DNA of 64,000 nucleotides, taken from contig OX597840.1 in NCBI GenBank assembly GCA_951406725.2, forward strand, positions 38,750,001-38,814,000, given 5' to 3'. Under the pieces are notes generated by a model. It saw only the letters and a program-made list of their open reading frames with translations, was not told the origin of the DNA and made no database searches. This document shows, in pieces, positions 38,996-50,598 of this stretch. The stretch's first letter is position 1. The number at the start of each line of letters is the position of its first letter. The position numbers and the translations under genes are program-made. The stretch comes from Octopus vulgaris (taxonomy: Eukaryota).

Positions 38996-39783
38996 AGGCG
39001 GCGAGCTGGCAGACACGTTAGCGCGCCGGGCGGAATGCTTAGCGGTATATCGTCTGCCGTTACGTTCTGAATTCAAATTCCGCCGAGGTCGACTTTGCCT
39101 TTCATCCTTTCGGGGTCGATAAATAAAAGAACCAGTTTCGCACTAGGGGTAGATGTAATTGACCTAATCCGTCTGTCTGTCCTTGGTTGTCCTCTCTGTG
39201 TTTAGCCCCTTGTTGGTAGTAAAGAAATAGGTATTTCCTCTGTCGTTACGTTCTGAGTTCAAATTCCGCCGAGGTCGAATTTGCCTTTCATCCTTTCGGG
39301 GTCGATAAATAAAAGTAGCAGCTACGCACTGGTGTCGCTGTAATCGACTTAATCCCTTTGTCTGTCCTTGTTTGTCCTCTCAATATTTAGCCCTTGTGGG
39401 TAGTAAAGAAATAGGTATTTCGTCTGTCGTTACGTTCTGAGTTCAAATTCCGCCGAGGTCGAATTTGCCTTTCATCCTTTCGGGGTCGATAAATAAAAGA
39501 ACCAGTTTCGCACTAGGGGTAGATGTAATTGACCTAATCCGTCTGTCTGTCCTTGGTTGTCCTCTCTGTGTTTAGCCCCTTGTGGGTAGTAAAGAAATAG
39601 GTATTTCGTCTGTCGTTACGTTCTGAGTTCAAATTCCGCCGAGGTCGAATTTGCCTTTCATCCTTTCGGGGTCGATAAATAAAAGTAGCAGCTACGCACT
39701 GGTGTCGCTGTAATCGACTTAATCCCTTTGTCTGTCCTTGTTTGTCCTCTCAATATTTAGCCCTTTGTGGGCAATAAAGGAAT
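38996..39783 (+). mobile_element. Tetrameric type-A SINE array with ABAB higher-order structure
   Basis: Diagnostic variants repeat with a 370-bp period (39121/39491 and 39311/39681). Confidence 0.9.
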
Positions 39784-40623
39784 ATATATTTTGGTATATT
39801 CAGCAATACTGAATGAGAAATTCTGTACATCAAAATTGTAGCAAGAATTCCAGAATATATCTGGGTTCTTCTGTTCTAAACACTAACACCATTCCATGCT
39901 GCTCTTCTATGCAGCCGCCAGAGCAAACGAAGTGCAGCTGCACTTGTTGTTACCATTTAAGCCTGGCAGGAATTTACTTTGTTTTTGCTTGATCTTATTG
40001 TTTGAACTTTGCAGTAAACAAAAATGAACGACGCGAATGACAGCCATCTTTATTAAAGTTTGAATTATGTTTGTCGTATGTAAAGTAAACAAGAAGAGAA
40101 TTCCGGAAATGAGGTCTCCGTCTTCTAAAACCGGTGATGAGAGCACTTGAAGAGAAGTCGGATTAAAAACAAATCGTCATGTCCGTCCGGATATGCAATC
40201 ATCTTTTTCTTTCACTCTCTTTCTATTTCTCTCATTCTCTCTTTCTTTCTTTCATTCATAATTCTTTTTTTTGTTTTTTATTTTTATTTAGTTACACACG
40301 CACAAATATAAAAATGTGGACGTCTATAGGTTTGCACGTAAATGTGTGTCTGTATAATGTACATGTACGCACGCACACATACACACACACACTCAGAAAC
40401 AAATATACACCCACATCTATACATGCACTTACAAATATAAATATTTAGATATCTATATATATAGATATATACTACATATACATACATATTATATATGCAT
40501 ATATGCATATATATACGTATATGCATACATATATATGCATATATATAAGATATATGTATATGCATGTATGGGTCTATACATATATATGTATACAGGCATA
40601 TGCATGCATATGCCAAAATCTAT

Positions 40624-40658
<35 letters not shown>

Positions 40659-40701
40659 AATAGGCATGTTCATGTGTGCCTATATATATACATACACACA
40701 C

Positions 40702-40751
<50 letters not shown>

Positions 40752-41667
40752 GTGTGTATAGATATAGACATATATATATATGTGTGTGTTTATAGATATA
40801 TATACATATATATACATATAAATAGACATCCATATGCACACACGCACACAGTCAAACACACACACACAGACACACACACACACATTGACATGTATACGAA
40901 ATATGAATAAGTGTGACATTGCGTGTGCATGTGTGCATGCGTACATGGATGCACACATGTATGCATAGGTGGGAGTAAGTGTGTGTGTGTGTGTGTGTGA
41001 ACGAGTGTGTGAATGTATTTATAACTTCTTTCATCTTAGCAGTTTCCTTTCTCAACTATTTTGAATATTTTCTCTTCATTTTCTGTTTGTTTTCACACAT
41101 TTTATCCATGGAAGTGCAATATTCGTTAATATATGTATTTGCTTTTATTCGTGTTGCTATTCACAACACTAAAAATTTAATTATTAATTTTCATTATCTC
41201 AGGCAGGAAAAGATGTTTGTTTTTGAAAAATTAACAATAAGGAGAGAGACTGTGCGAATTTTAGACAAATTATGCCGCATATTATTTTTTAATTTATTTT
41301 ATTTGTTTTGATTATGTTTCTTGATTATTCACTTAAGTCCTGTGAATATTATTTCCTTGGTGTCTAGACGCATTGTCATCAGATTAATGACAAAATCTGA
41401 ATCGGAAAGATATCACAGCAAACAATTGCTTAAAACGCCATATCTGTTGTTCTGTTCTGCTGTTAACAACGTTAACTATGGAACGAAAACGGCGACTAAA
41501 TCGAAGACAAGTCTAATCTAATAATGCAATCTCATGAGGAATTATAAAGTTATGAAAGCTGATCGATTAAAAGATTATTTATAAAACACGAATTTCCAAT
41601 TGCATAAGTAGTTAAGCTATTATTAGAATATAGTATGCGATTTATATAAACTCTATGATTCCTGGTT

Positions 41668-41993
41668 GAGCCGAACGCCCTAACCACTAAGCCACGCGCC
41701 TTCACGATTATAAGGTCGTGGGTTCGATTCTCGGCTACGCGTTGTGCCCTTGAGCAAGACACTTTATTCCACGTTGCTCCAGTCCACTCAGCTGGCAAAA
41801 GTGAGTAATACCTGTATTTCAAAGGGCCGGCCTTGTCACACTCCGTGTCACGCTGAATCTTCCTGAGAACTACGTTAAGGGTACACGTGTCTGTGGATTG
41901 CTCAGCCACTTACACATTAATTTCACGAGCAAGGTGTTCCGTTGATCGTATCAGCTGGGACCCTCGTCGTCGTAACCGACGAAGTACTACTTT
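41668..41993 (+). mobile_element. Type-C SINE with inverted 5' head and 14-bp TSD
   Basis: 41668-41703 is the reverse complement of the head (GAAGGCGCGTGGCTTAGTGGTTAGGGCGTTCGGCTC). TSD is TATGA(T/G)TCCTGGTT at 41654-41667 and 41994-42007. Confidence 0.8.
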
Positions 41994-42584
41994 TATGAGT
42001 CCTGGTTAGAGAGATGTCTAGTGAGATATTTGTTGCAAGAACGTGTCACTATCTGAGAAAGCCAGGTACATAGTTGTTTAAGGTATAATAGCCGTCAATG
42101 TTACATTGTTTAATTTCAGTCTATATTTCTGATATTTACTGTTGTGGTGATATGGTGACATGACAGTATATGCGTCTACACTCTGCTTGCTAGAAATAGC
42201 AATAAATGTCCTTAAAATTATATCCTGTCGTGTGAACAAAGACAATAATTTTAGTACAGTTCAATATTTCTGAGACGATCATTTTCTTTTATGTATTAAT
42301 CAGAGGGATGTCCTCACCTTGGGTGTGTCTTCTATAGGAATGAAATTCTAAAAATAACACAACAGTATGAATATAATACATACATAAACTAAAGATAACC
42401 TGTGATTTGGATGTCACTCACCTGAAGACACACATGTATACAGAAATGGGTGGATCATACTAAAGCAATGATGTGTATACTATAATGTGTATAACATTTA
42501 GCAATTAACAGCTGATAATGAGACGCCGAAACAAATAAAATGGTCTTTAATAAAACCTCTTTCCATTTTTTCTTTCCTCTTTTA

Positions 42585-42810
42585 ATCTTTTACTTGTTTC
42601 AGTCATTTGACAGTGACCATGCTGGAGCACCGCCTTTAGTCGAGTAAATCGAACCCAGGCCTTATTCTTTGTAAGCCTAGTACTTATTCTATCGTTTTCT
42701 TTTGCCGAACCGCTAAGTTACTGGAACGTAAACACACCGGCATCGGTTGTCAAGCGATGTTGGGGGATAAACACAGACACGCAAACATATACACACACAT
42801 ACATATATGA
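42585..42810 (-). mobile_element. Type-B SINE 3' half
   Basis: Reverse-complement match. Confidence 0.85.
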
Positions 42811-44142
42811 GTAGAGAAGCATTTAGTGTATATGAGATGCAATGCTTTTATTTAGCTCACTTAAATACGATTGAGATGATAGTTTCTAGCGAAAGAAAAT
42901 AATTGTTTTGCTTCGATGGAGAATTATTGACGAGCATTCGTTGATCTGGAAAAGGCCTTTGGAAAAATATACAATCTGCAATATGGTGTGTTTTAAGGTA
43001 ATTAGATATAGATTAATGAGGTGTGAGAGCTGTGCAAGTGAGTTAGGAGATAGCAGAAATAGTCTTAAGGACATGACGAACTCTCTAGTGCTTCGGCCAC
43101 ATTAAAATGCACGCCATGAATTCTACAAAGTTTCGTTTATTCATTTGTTTTTTTGTTAAGGACATTCTGCCGTTCAAAGAAGAGAATTTACGAAAGAAAC
43201 TTGGTCCAGTTGTTCGTTGAGGCGGGCAGTAACACCGAATAAAATGTAATTACATGCGTGACGACCCGTCCACCAGATTCCGGTGAGGAAAGCGGAATGT
43301 TGGGTGGGACGATGATGATTTTAATATCAAAACCAAGTTGTTATACAGTTCACTTCAGTGATATAAATTTAATGAAGCTTAATAAATCGATGGTTTAATA
43401 GGAATTTAAGTGTTGTAAATTCAATAATTAAATAAATATAATGAATAGAGAGGGCAATAATTAAGTCTAAGTTTAGACAATTAATTAAATGTATTGAAGC
43501 ATCCGGGTCTATCAGTGGCTATTGTGTAGATTTTCCGATATATTATTGCAAACTAGGAAAGCTATAACGAAGAAGAAAGCAACTGTTGTTGGTGGGAATA
43601 TACTGTCGTGAGTGGTGTCAAAGAACTTCGTTGAAACAGTAGTCCGGCTCGGCAATGTTTTCGAAAAAATTAATAGTCTAGAATAGCTAGAAGAATATAC
43701 TAATAGACTAGATATCAGTGACGATGTGTGTTCCAAAAAAATTATTGCCTATTTGGAAACATAATAGCTATTTTTTTTAATATTTACTTGAAAGATTATT
43801 GGTTTTTATCTGTAATATATTTTTATTTCCACTTTAACTTTAGATCTTTTTCTCTATTTTATGATAATCTATTTTAATGTTACCTCATAATAATTTATAT
43901 TGTAGGTTATATTGCGATGTATTCACGTTCACACACTTTTCTATATTATTAGGTTACGCCATTGTTTCAACAGATACCGAAAGTTTCCAACTCACAGCAG
44001 GTAACCTACACATGTATCTCAGTTATTAACCGATCATGCAAAATAAATTCTTACTTCGAGATATATGTCTTTGCATCAGGCATTACCATTGTTCAACAAA
44101 TGCCGGAATATTGCAAGAATATATGTTTGACACATATACATT

Positions 44143-44303
44143 GGCGCGGGAGTGGCTGAGTGGTAAGTAGCTTGTTTACCAACCACATGGTTCCGGGTTC
44201 AGTCCCACTGCGTGGCATTTGGACAAGTGTTTTCTACTATAGAGTCGGGCCGACCAAAGCTTTGTGAGTGGATTTGGTAGACGGAAACTGAAAGAAGCCC
44301 GTC

Positions 44304-44351
<48 letters not shown>

Positions 44352-44597
44352 ATGTTTTGTGTGTGTGTGTGTATGTTTGTGTGTCTGTGTTTGTCCCCCT
44401 AGCATTGCTTGACAACCGATGCTGGTGTGTTTGTGTCCCCATAACTTAGCGGTTCGGTGAAAGAGACCGATAGAATAAGTACTAGGCTTACAAAGAATAA
44501 GTCCCGGGGTCGATTTGCTCGACTAAAGGCGGTGCTCCAGCATGGCCACAGTCAAATGACAGAAACAAGTAAAACAGTAAAAGAGAGAGTAAAAGAG
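44143..44597 (+). mobile_element. Full type-B SINE (empty target site)
   Basis: GGCGCGGGAGTGGCTGAGTGGTAAGTAGCTTGTTTACCAACCACATGG..., internal microsatellite, AAAAGAGT tail. Confidence 0.9.
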
Positions 44598-45262
44598 TAT
44601 ATTATTAATACGATTCAACTCTATCAGATTTTGTTGTTTTAAAATACGTTTATGTTGACCTCATGAAGAGGTGGGGATTTGTATTTCGAGTCTTCACATC
44701 ACAATCAGACGGTCGTGGGTGACATTCCGGACAGCGAGTTGTGTTCTAGAGCAAGACACTTCATTTCACGTTTACACAGCTCCAGTTTACTCAGCGGGCA
44801 AAACGTAGTTGTACCTGCGAATCACGAGTGAGCGTCTACTTGATTGCCTCACCTGCTAGAAGTAGCAACCAAAATGCTTACAAATTACACCGTACTGAAT
44901 GTCAATAGAAATCCTACAACAGCTAACGGGAGTTTATGTGCAAGAACCAATATAGAGGATGATAATGTTTGGAACATAATGCTAAGTTGTTAGGAAGTTC
45001 CAGGAGAACTGGCATTTAGGCAGAACAATAAAGAGCGACATGCATATCTTATTGATTTACTTCAGGAATAAAGACAGGGAAACTAATTCTTTCAACAAAC
45101 GTCCATCATGACAATGTACATCAAATTTATATGTTACCTTTTCCAGAGAGAATTATATTCAGAAATATTGGCACAGCAACGTTTAAATTTTACCCAACAA
45201 CTTGTCGTAAGGCTTAGTGAGTGAAGTCACATATTTAACCATATATTGTTATGTTTTTGTGA

Positions 45263-45662
45263 ACAGGAGTGGCTGAGTGGTAAGTAGCTATCTAACCAAC
45301 CACATGGTTACGGGTTCAGTCCCACTGCGTGGCATCTTGGGCAAGTGTCTTCTGCCATAGCCCCGGGCCGACCAATGCCTTGTGAGTGGATTTGGTAGAC
45401 GGAAACTGAAAGAAGCCTGTCGTATATATGTATATATATATGTATGTGTGTGTGTGTTTGTGTGTGTGTGTTTGTCCCCCTAGCATTGCTTGACAACCGA
45501 TGCTGGTGTGTTTGCGTCCCCGTCGCTTAGCGGTTCGGCAAAAGAGACCGATAGAATAAGTACTGGGCTTAAGAAAGTCCCGGGGTCGATTTGCTCGACT
45601 AAAGGCGGTGCTCCAGCATGGCCGCAGTCAAATGACTGAAACAAGTAAAAGAGTAAAAGAGT
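45263..45662 (+). mobile_element. Full type-B SINE (empty target site)
   Basis: Same structure as 44143-44597. Confidence 0.9.
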
Positions 45663-46579
45663 ATATCTAGTTTTAATTTTAATTATTTGAAGCTTTTCCG
45701 TAAAGAGAAAGATGGTTTCTTCAGGAATAAAGACAGGCAAAATAATTCTTTCAACAAACGTCCATCATGATTTACAGGTCTAGTCATGTCATCTTCTGTG
45801 CCATGCTGAATCTCCTTCAGAGCTACATGAAGGGTACGCGTGTCTGTGGTGAACTAAGCCATCTGCAAGTTAATTTCACAAGCAGACTATTCCGTTGATC
45901 ATAATAAACGAAGCGTCAGATTTTATCTATGTTTCTCTCATTTACTCTTAAGAAATTATCTAATATTTTACAGATCTTCCATTTTGTAACTACAGAATTC
46001 TCTCTATCTCTCACTTCCAATTTTATTGTAATTCATATTAAATTACTCAATTATTTACCATCTAGAATATATTGCTGCTTAGTCATTTCCGTAATTTTTT
46101 TAAAGAAATGGTACCACGAATATTTCGTTTGTAATCAATCATATTAAATAATGTCTGTGTTCCAACCTACTCTAAAATACCGCTGTAATAATACATGGCT
46201 CACACTGACTGTATTCGTAAGAAAATATCTTACATCATTATGCCATTTGCTCTGAATTATATATTTGATTATTCTAATACAAATATTGTTTAAAAAACAA
46301 ATTAAATGCATACAGTTTTCATCACCTTGTTTACGTGACAAACATCTATCGCTGAACTTGGCGATATTTCAATGTTAGCGTGTCACCTCTTAAGAAAAAA
46401 GATATTCAAATCTATGGCCCTTGTTTAATTTATTTATCATATATATGTATGAATATGTAGCTATGTACATACGTACATATCAGCGTGAGTGTGAATACAT
46501 ATATGTATGTATGTATATTTATTTATAAACTACTATGAAATGCTATATAGTCATATGGTTTTTTTAATTTTACGTAACA

Positions 46580-46675
46580 AATAAATAAAGCTGAAGCAAA
46601 TTAACACCAAATATGTAGCGCGTGTGTTTTAATTGGCTAAACTGGTAACATGACCATTCCTAAATATAACAATAT
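46580..46675 (+). repeat. Second copy of the 3' terminus of the Penelope-like element at 7800-7895
   Basis: Shared CTGAAGCA.A.TAACA..CCAAATAT.TAG.GCGTGTGTTTT...TAAACTGG....ATGACCATTCC.AAATATAACAAT. Confidence 0.7.
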
Positions 46676-46765
46676 GTGTTTCAACACACGATTTCACATC
46701 GAAAATCTTGCAAAACAAATATATAAACGTATATATATTTACATATATATATACATACATACATG

Positions 46766-46810
<45 letters not shown>

Positions 46811-46814
46811 CTCT

Positions 46815-47214
46815 CTCTTTCCCTTTTACTTGTTTCAGTCATTTTGACTGCGGCCATGCTGGAGCACCGCCTTTAATCGAGCAACTCGACCCCGGGACTT
46901 ATTCTTTGTAAGCCCAGTACTTATTCTATCGGTCTCTTTTTTGCCGAACCGCTAAGTGACGGGGACGTAAACACACCAGCATCGGTTGTCAAGCAATGCT
47001 AGGGGAACAAACACAGACACACAAACAAACACATATATATATATACATATATACGACAGACTTCTTTCAGTTTCCGTCTACCAAATCCACTCACAAGGCA
47101 TTGGTCGGCCCGGGGCTATAGCAGAAGACACTTGCCCAAGATGCCACGCAGTGGGACTGAACCCGGAACCATGTGGTTGGTTAGCAAGCTACTTACCACA
47201 CAGCCACTCCTGCG

Positions 47215-47217
<3 letters not shown>
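46815..47217 (-). mobile_element. Full type-B SINE carrying the exact uninterrupted target AAGTAGCTTGCTAAC
   Basis: Plus strand GGTTGGTTAGCAAGCTACTTACCACACAGCCACTCCTGCGCC at ~47175-47216. Confidence 0.9.
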
Positions 47218-47299
<82 letters not shown>

Positions 47300-47327
47300 G
47301 AGAAAGAAGCAACAAGAATGGATAAGT

Positions 47328-47418
47328 TTTTAGTACAATCGTTTCATACAAAGACAGGCTTTATTAAAAGTTGCAAAAATTGCAGCATATAAACGTATCC
47401 CGTACTCATCAGCTAAAA
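47328..47418 (-). ncRNA. Mirror copy of the hammerhead in the left arm of the palindrome
   Basis: Reverse complement of 47854-47944. Confidence 0.7.
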
Positions 47419-47853
47419 TACATGTGAGTTCTCTAGACATCTTAGTGGTTGAGGCTATACTCATGAAGTAATGTAGATAATTAAGTAACATAAACAGATT
47501 TCCAAAGTTCATTAAAGTTCTTTAAAGATGATGTACAGTCTTATCACAGATTTTTAAAAAAGTTTTAATAGCATCACAGAGAAGGTGACCTAATCCATAG
47601 TGTACATATGAATTTCCAGAGATATGAGGAGGGATTACATACTCCTCATATCTCTGGAAATTCATATGTACACTATGGATTAGGTCACCTTCTCTGTGAT
47701 GCTATTAAAACTTTTTAAAAATCTGTGATAAGACTGTACATCATCTTTAAAGAACTTTAATGAACTTTGGTAATCTGTTTATGTTACTTAATTATCTACA
47801 TTACTTCATGAGTATAGCCTCAACCACTAGGATGTCTAGAGAACTCACATGTA

Positions 47854-47944
47854 TTTTAGCTGATGAGTACGGGACACGTTTATATGCTGCAATTTTTGCA
47901 ACTTTTAATAAAGCCTGTCTTTGTATGAAACGATTGTACTAAAA
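47854..47944 (+). ncRNA. Type-I hammerhead ribozyme with long stem II (right arm of palindrome)
   Basis: TTTTAG-CTGATGA-GTAC...GTAT-GAAAC-GATT-GTA-CTAAAA. Stem I is TTTTAG/CTAAAA and the cleavage triplet is GUA. Confidence 0.7.
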
Positions 47945-48089
47945 ACTTATCCATTCTTGTTGCTTCTTTCTCGCTTATAATCACCCCACATTACTGTATT
48001 GTTAAAACCGTATAGTTTTTTGGTGCATCTAAGTTAGGTACCATATTCAAGTAAATTCATTAAAATTGACTTGAATCTTTATTGCTTTT

Positions 48090-48150
<61 letters not shown>

Positions 48151-49012
48151 ATATATATGATAATAATAATAATAATAATATTAGCGGGTATAACTCCAAA
48201 CTTACAAATTAGTATTAAATCAAATTTGACAGTATAAATATATAAAATATAGATTAGAGGTAAAACCACTATTATATATATTATTTGTAATTTATGTTTT
48301 GGTTTATGTCTATCAGTGTTTTAGCTGCATAATAGTGGTTTTATTTCTAATTTATATTTTATATATATATACATACACGTACGTACATACGTGCCTAAAT
48401 AGATGCATATAATATTGACGGTCTTCTACAAACTTATGAAACGCACGAGAATATGTTCCAAATCATATATAATTTTACTTGTTTTTGAAAGAATCTTTTG
48501 ACAAATTATCCCTAGCCTGCTTCGTTATCAATGTGAATGTGTGTGTGTGTGTTCATGTGCGTTCCTGTATGTTTGTGTGTGTCTATATATGAGAGTATGT
48601 ATGTTTGTATACATAGCTATATATCTATGTATGCATCACGCATCTATTCATGTATGTATGTATGTAACATTTTTTATTCCATAACAAAAATGTAAAAAAA
48701 GGCTTCATCCGCAAGAGCAGCAGGTGAAAGACAGCTGACGAGATAACCTGCAGCCACGGGTGACGTGAAGACTCCGAGTGTTTGGACTGGCTGACGAAAT
48801 ATCCTTCAATGATGATATGACAAAGCATGACATCATTTAATTAACTTTTTCCACGCATTCAATGGTTTCATGATATCAATTTCTCTTCATGAACTAAAGA
48901 CCATTCACAATTAAATATTTTATACGATTCTCTAGCATTGTAATCACGAGACTTATTGTATTCATTTTCTGCCCTTATTAAGGATTTCAACTCTCTTCAT
49001 TTTCATTATCCT

Positions 49013-49042
49013 AATTATTATTATTATCATTATTATCATTAC

Positions 49043-49109
<67 letters not shown>

Positions 49110-49122
49110 ATCATTATTATCA

Positions 49123-49156
<34 letters not shown>

Positions 49157-49362
49157 CATCATTATTATTATTATCATTATTATTATTGTTATTATTATTA
49201 TTATTATTAATATTATTATTATTAGTAGTAGTAGTACTACTATTATCATTATTATTATTATTATCATTATTATTATTATTACTATTATTATTATTATTAC
49301 TATTATTATTATTATTATTATTATCATTATTATTACTATTATTATTATTATTATCATTACTA

Positions 49363-49411
<49 letters not shown>

Positions 49412-49465
49412 CATTACTATTGTTGTTATTATTATTATTATTACTACTATCATTATTATCATTAC

Positions 49466-49514
<49 letters not shown>

Positions 49515-49570
49515 CTTATTATTGTTATTGTTGTTGCTGTTGCTGCTGTGGTTGTTGCTGTTGTTGTTAG
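49013..49570. repeat. Long degenerate (ATT)n tract grading into (GTT)n
   Basis: Read directly from the sequence. Confidence 0.97.
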
Positions 49571-50598
49571 TATTGTGGTCGTTCTTGTCGTTACGTCATA
49601 GCGCTCCATGCTATTCCTTTTCTTTCCACGTAGAATTTTTCCCATTTTTCCTAAATGGTGTTTGGTTTTATTATTTATTAATTTTTCTAATTACCAATAT
49701 TTCTCAAATTCCTTGAGGTAGCATTTGTAATGTCTTTTTTTTATTTTTGATATTTTCTCATTTTTCCTGCCAAAACTAAGTTTGAATTCATTGCTGCTTT
49801 TTAATCAAGAGATACATGTATATCATTAGTTCTCTATTTAAAGGTCGTTCGACTTTGATGTGACTAAAATCTGATCAAAGTCATTTTAAAACTGTCACCG
49901 CCAGGACTCTTTTCCAGGTAAATGTGTACAGAATTACATTTACAAAGAATTTTCTTTCTAAAATCACGCATTCAAGTGATTGACTGGACTATCGGATTTT
50001 GTTATGCATCGCTGGTTACAGTACTCTTTGCATACTTTCAGCTTTCAAAAGATCTTCCTTGCTGGCTAGGCCGGCGGGTCAACATTCTCTCTGATGAGAA
50101 TGGTAACCTGTCACTGGGTTACCCATTTGCAGTTGAAGTAACTTGACCAACACGAAATGAAGTGTTTTTGTAAGTAGCACAACGTTCCGCCGGGCTGGAA
50201 ATCGAAACAGCGATCTCCCGATCAGGGATGATTCAATTGCTATTTCTCACAAAGCGATCAGCAATTTAGTCACCGTCGTCAACGGGTACCTCGCCTTCAA
50301 ACATTGGTTGATTAACTCACTGATTCACTGTCTCAGTAATTGATTGACGTGTTTACCCCAGACACATTTCTAGCCAAAATGTGCTACACCTTTAAACCTT
50401 GTAATTTGTGTTGCTGAGCGCAGAGATTCGAAACAACATATCTAGGATTACATCAATGCATCTGCTGCTTTGAAAGACGATAAGGAGAAACTTAACGGAA
50501 TGCTGACGTTTATTATTAGAAGATCAATGCACCAATCATACGCTAAATAAATTTCTAGTAAGGAGCAGGAGTGGCTGTGTGGTAAGTAGCTTGCTAAC

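Larger units (their letters stand above)
47293..47979. repeat. Long near-perfect inverted repeat (arms ~339 bp, 10-nt spacer), probable inverted Penelope-like pLTR
   Basis: 47293-47631 is the reverse complement of 47642-47979 with about 4 mismatches. Spacer is GGATTACATA. The unit, plus a tail to ~48090, is bounded by (TA)n on both sides. Confidence 0.95.

Noticed and set aside
38996-39783. CRISPR-like array
   Set aside because: The units are ~185-bp SINE monomers without unique spacers, in a eukaryotic context.
47330-47942. Two 60-aa ORFs MNFGNLF...
   Set aside because: They are mirror products of the palindrome with no coding evidence.
48695-48835. GC-richer island as possible exon (also 39905-40195)
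   Set aside because: No recognisable product or clear pair of splice sites.
48962-49716. Poly-I and poly-L ORFs
   Set aside because: These come from the (ATT)n microsatellite.
50091-50140. CTGATGA followed by a hairpin (also CTGATGA at 5999 and TGATGA..GAAACGTC at 34842)
   Set aside because: Missing a properly placed GAAA, stem II or stem I, so not supportable as hammerheads.
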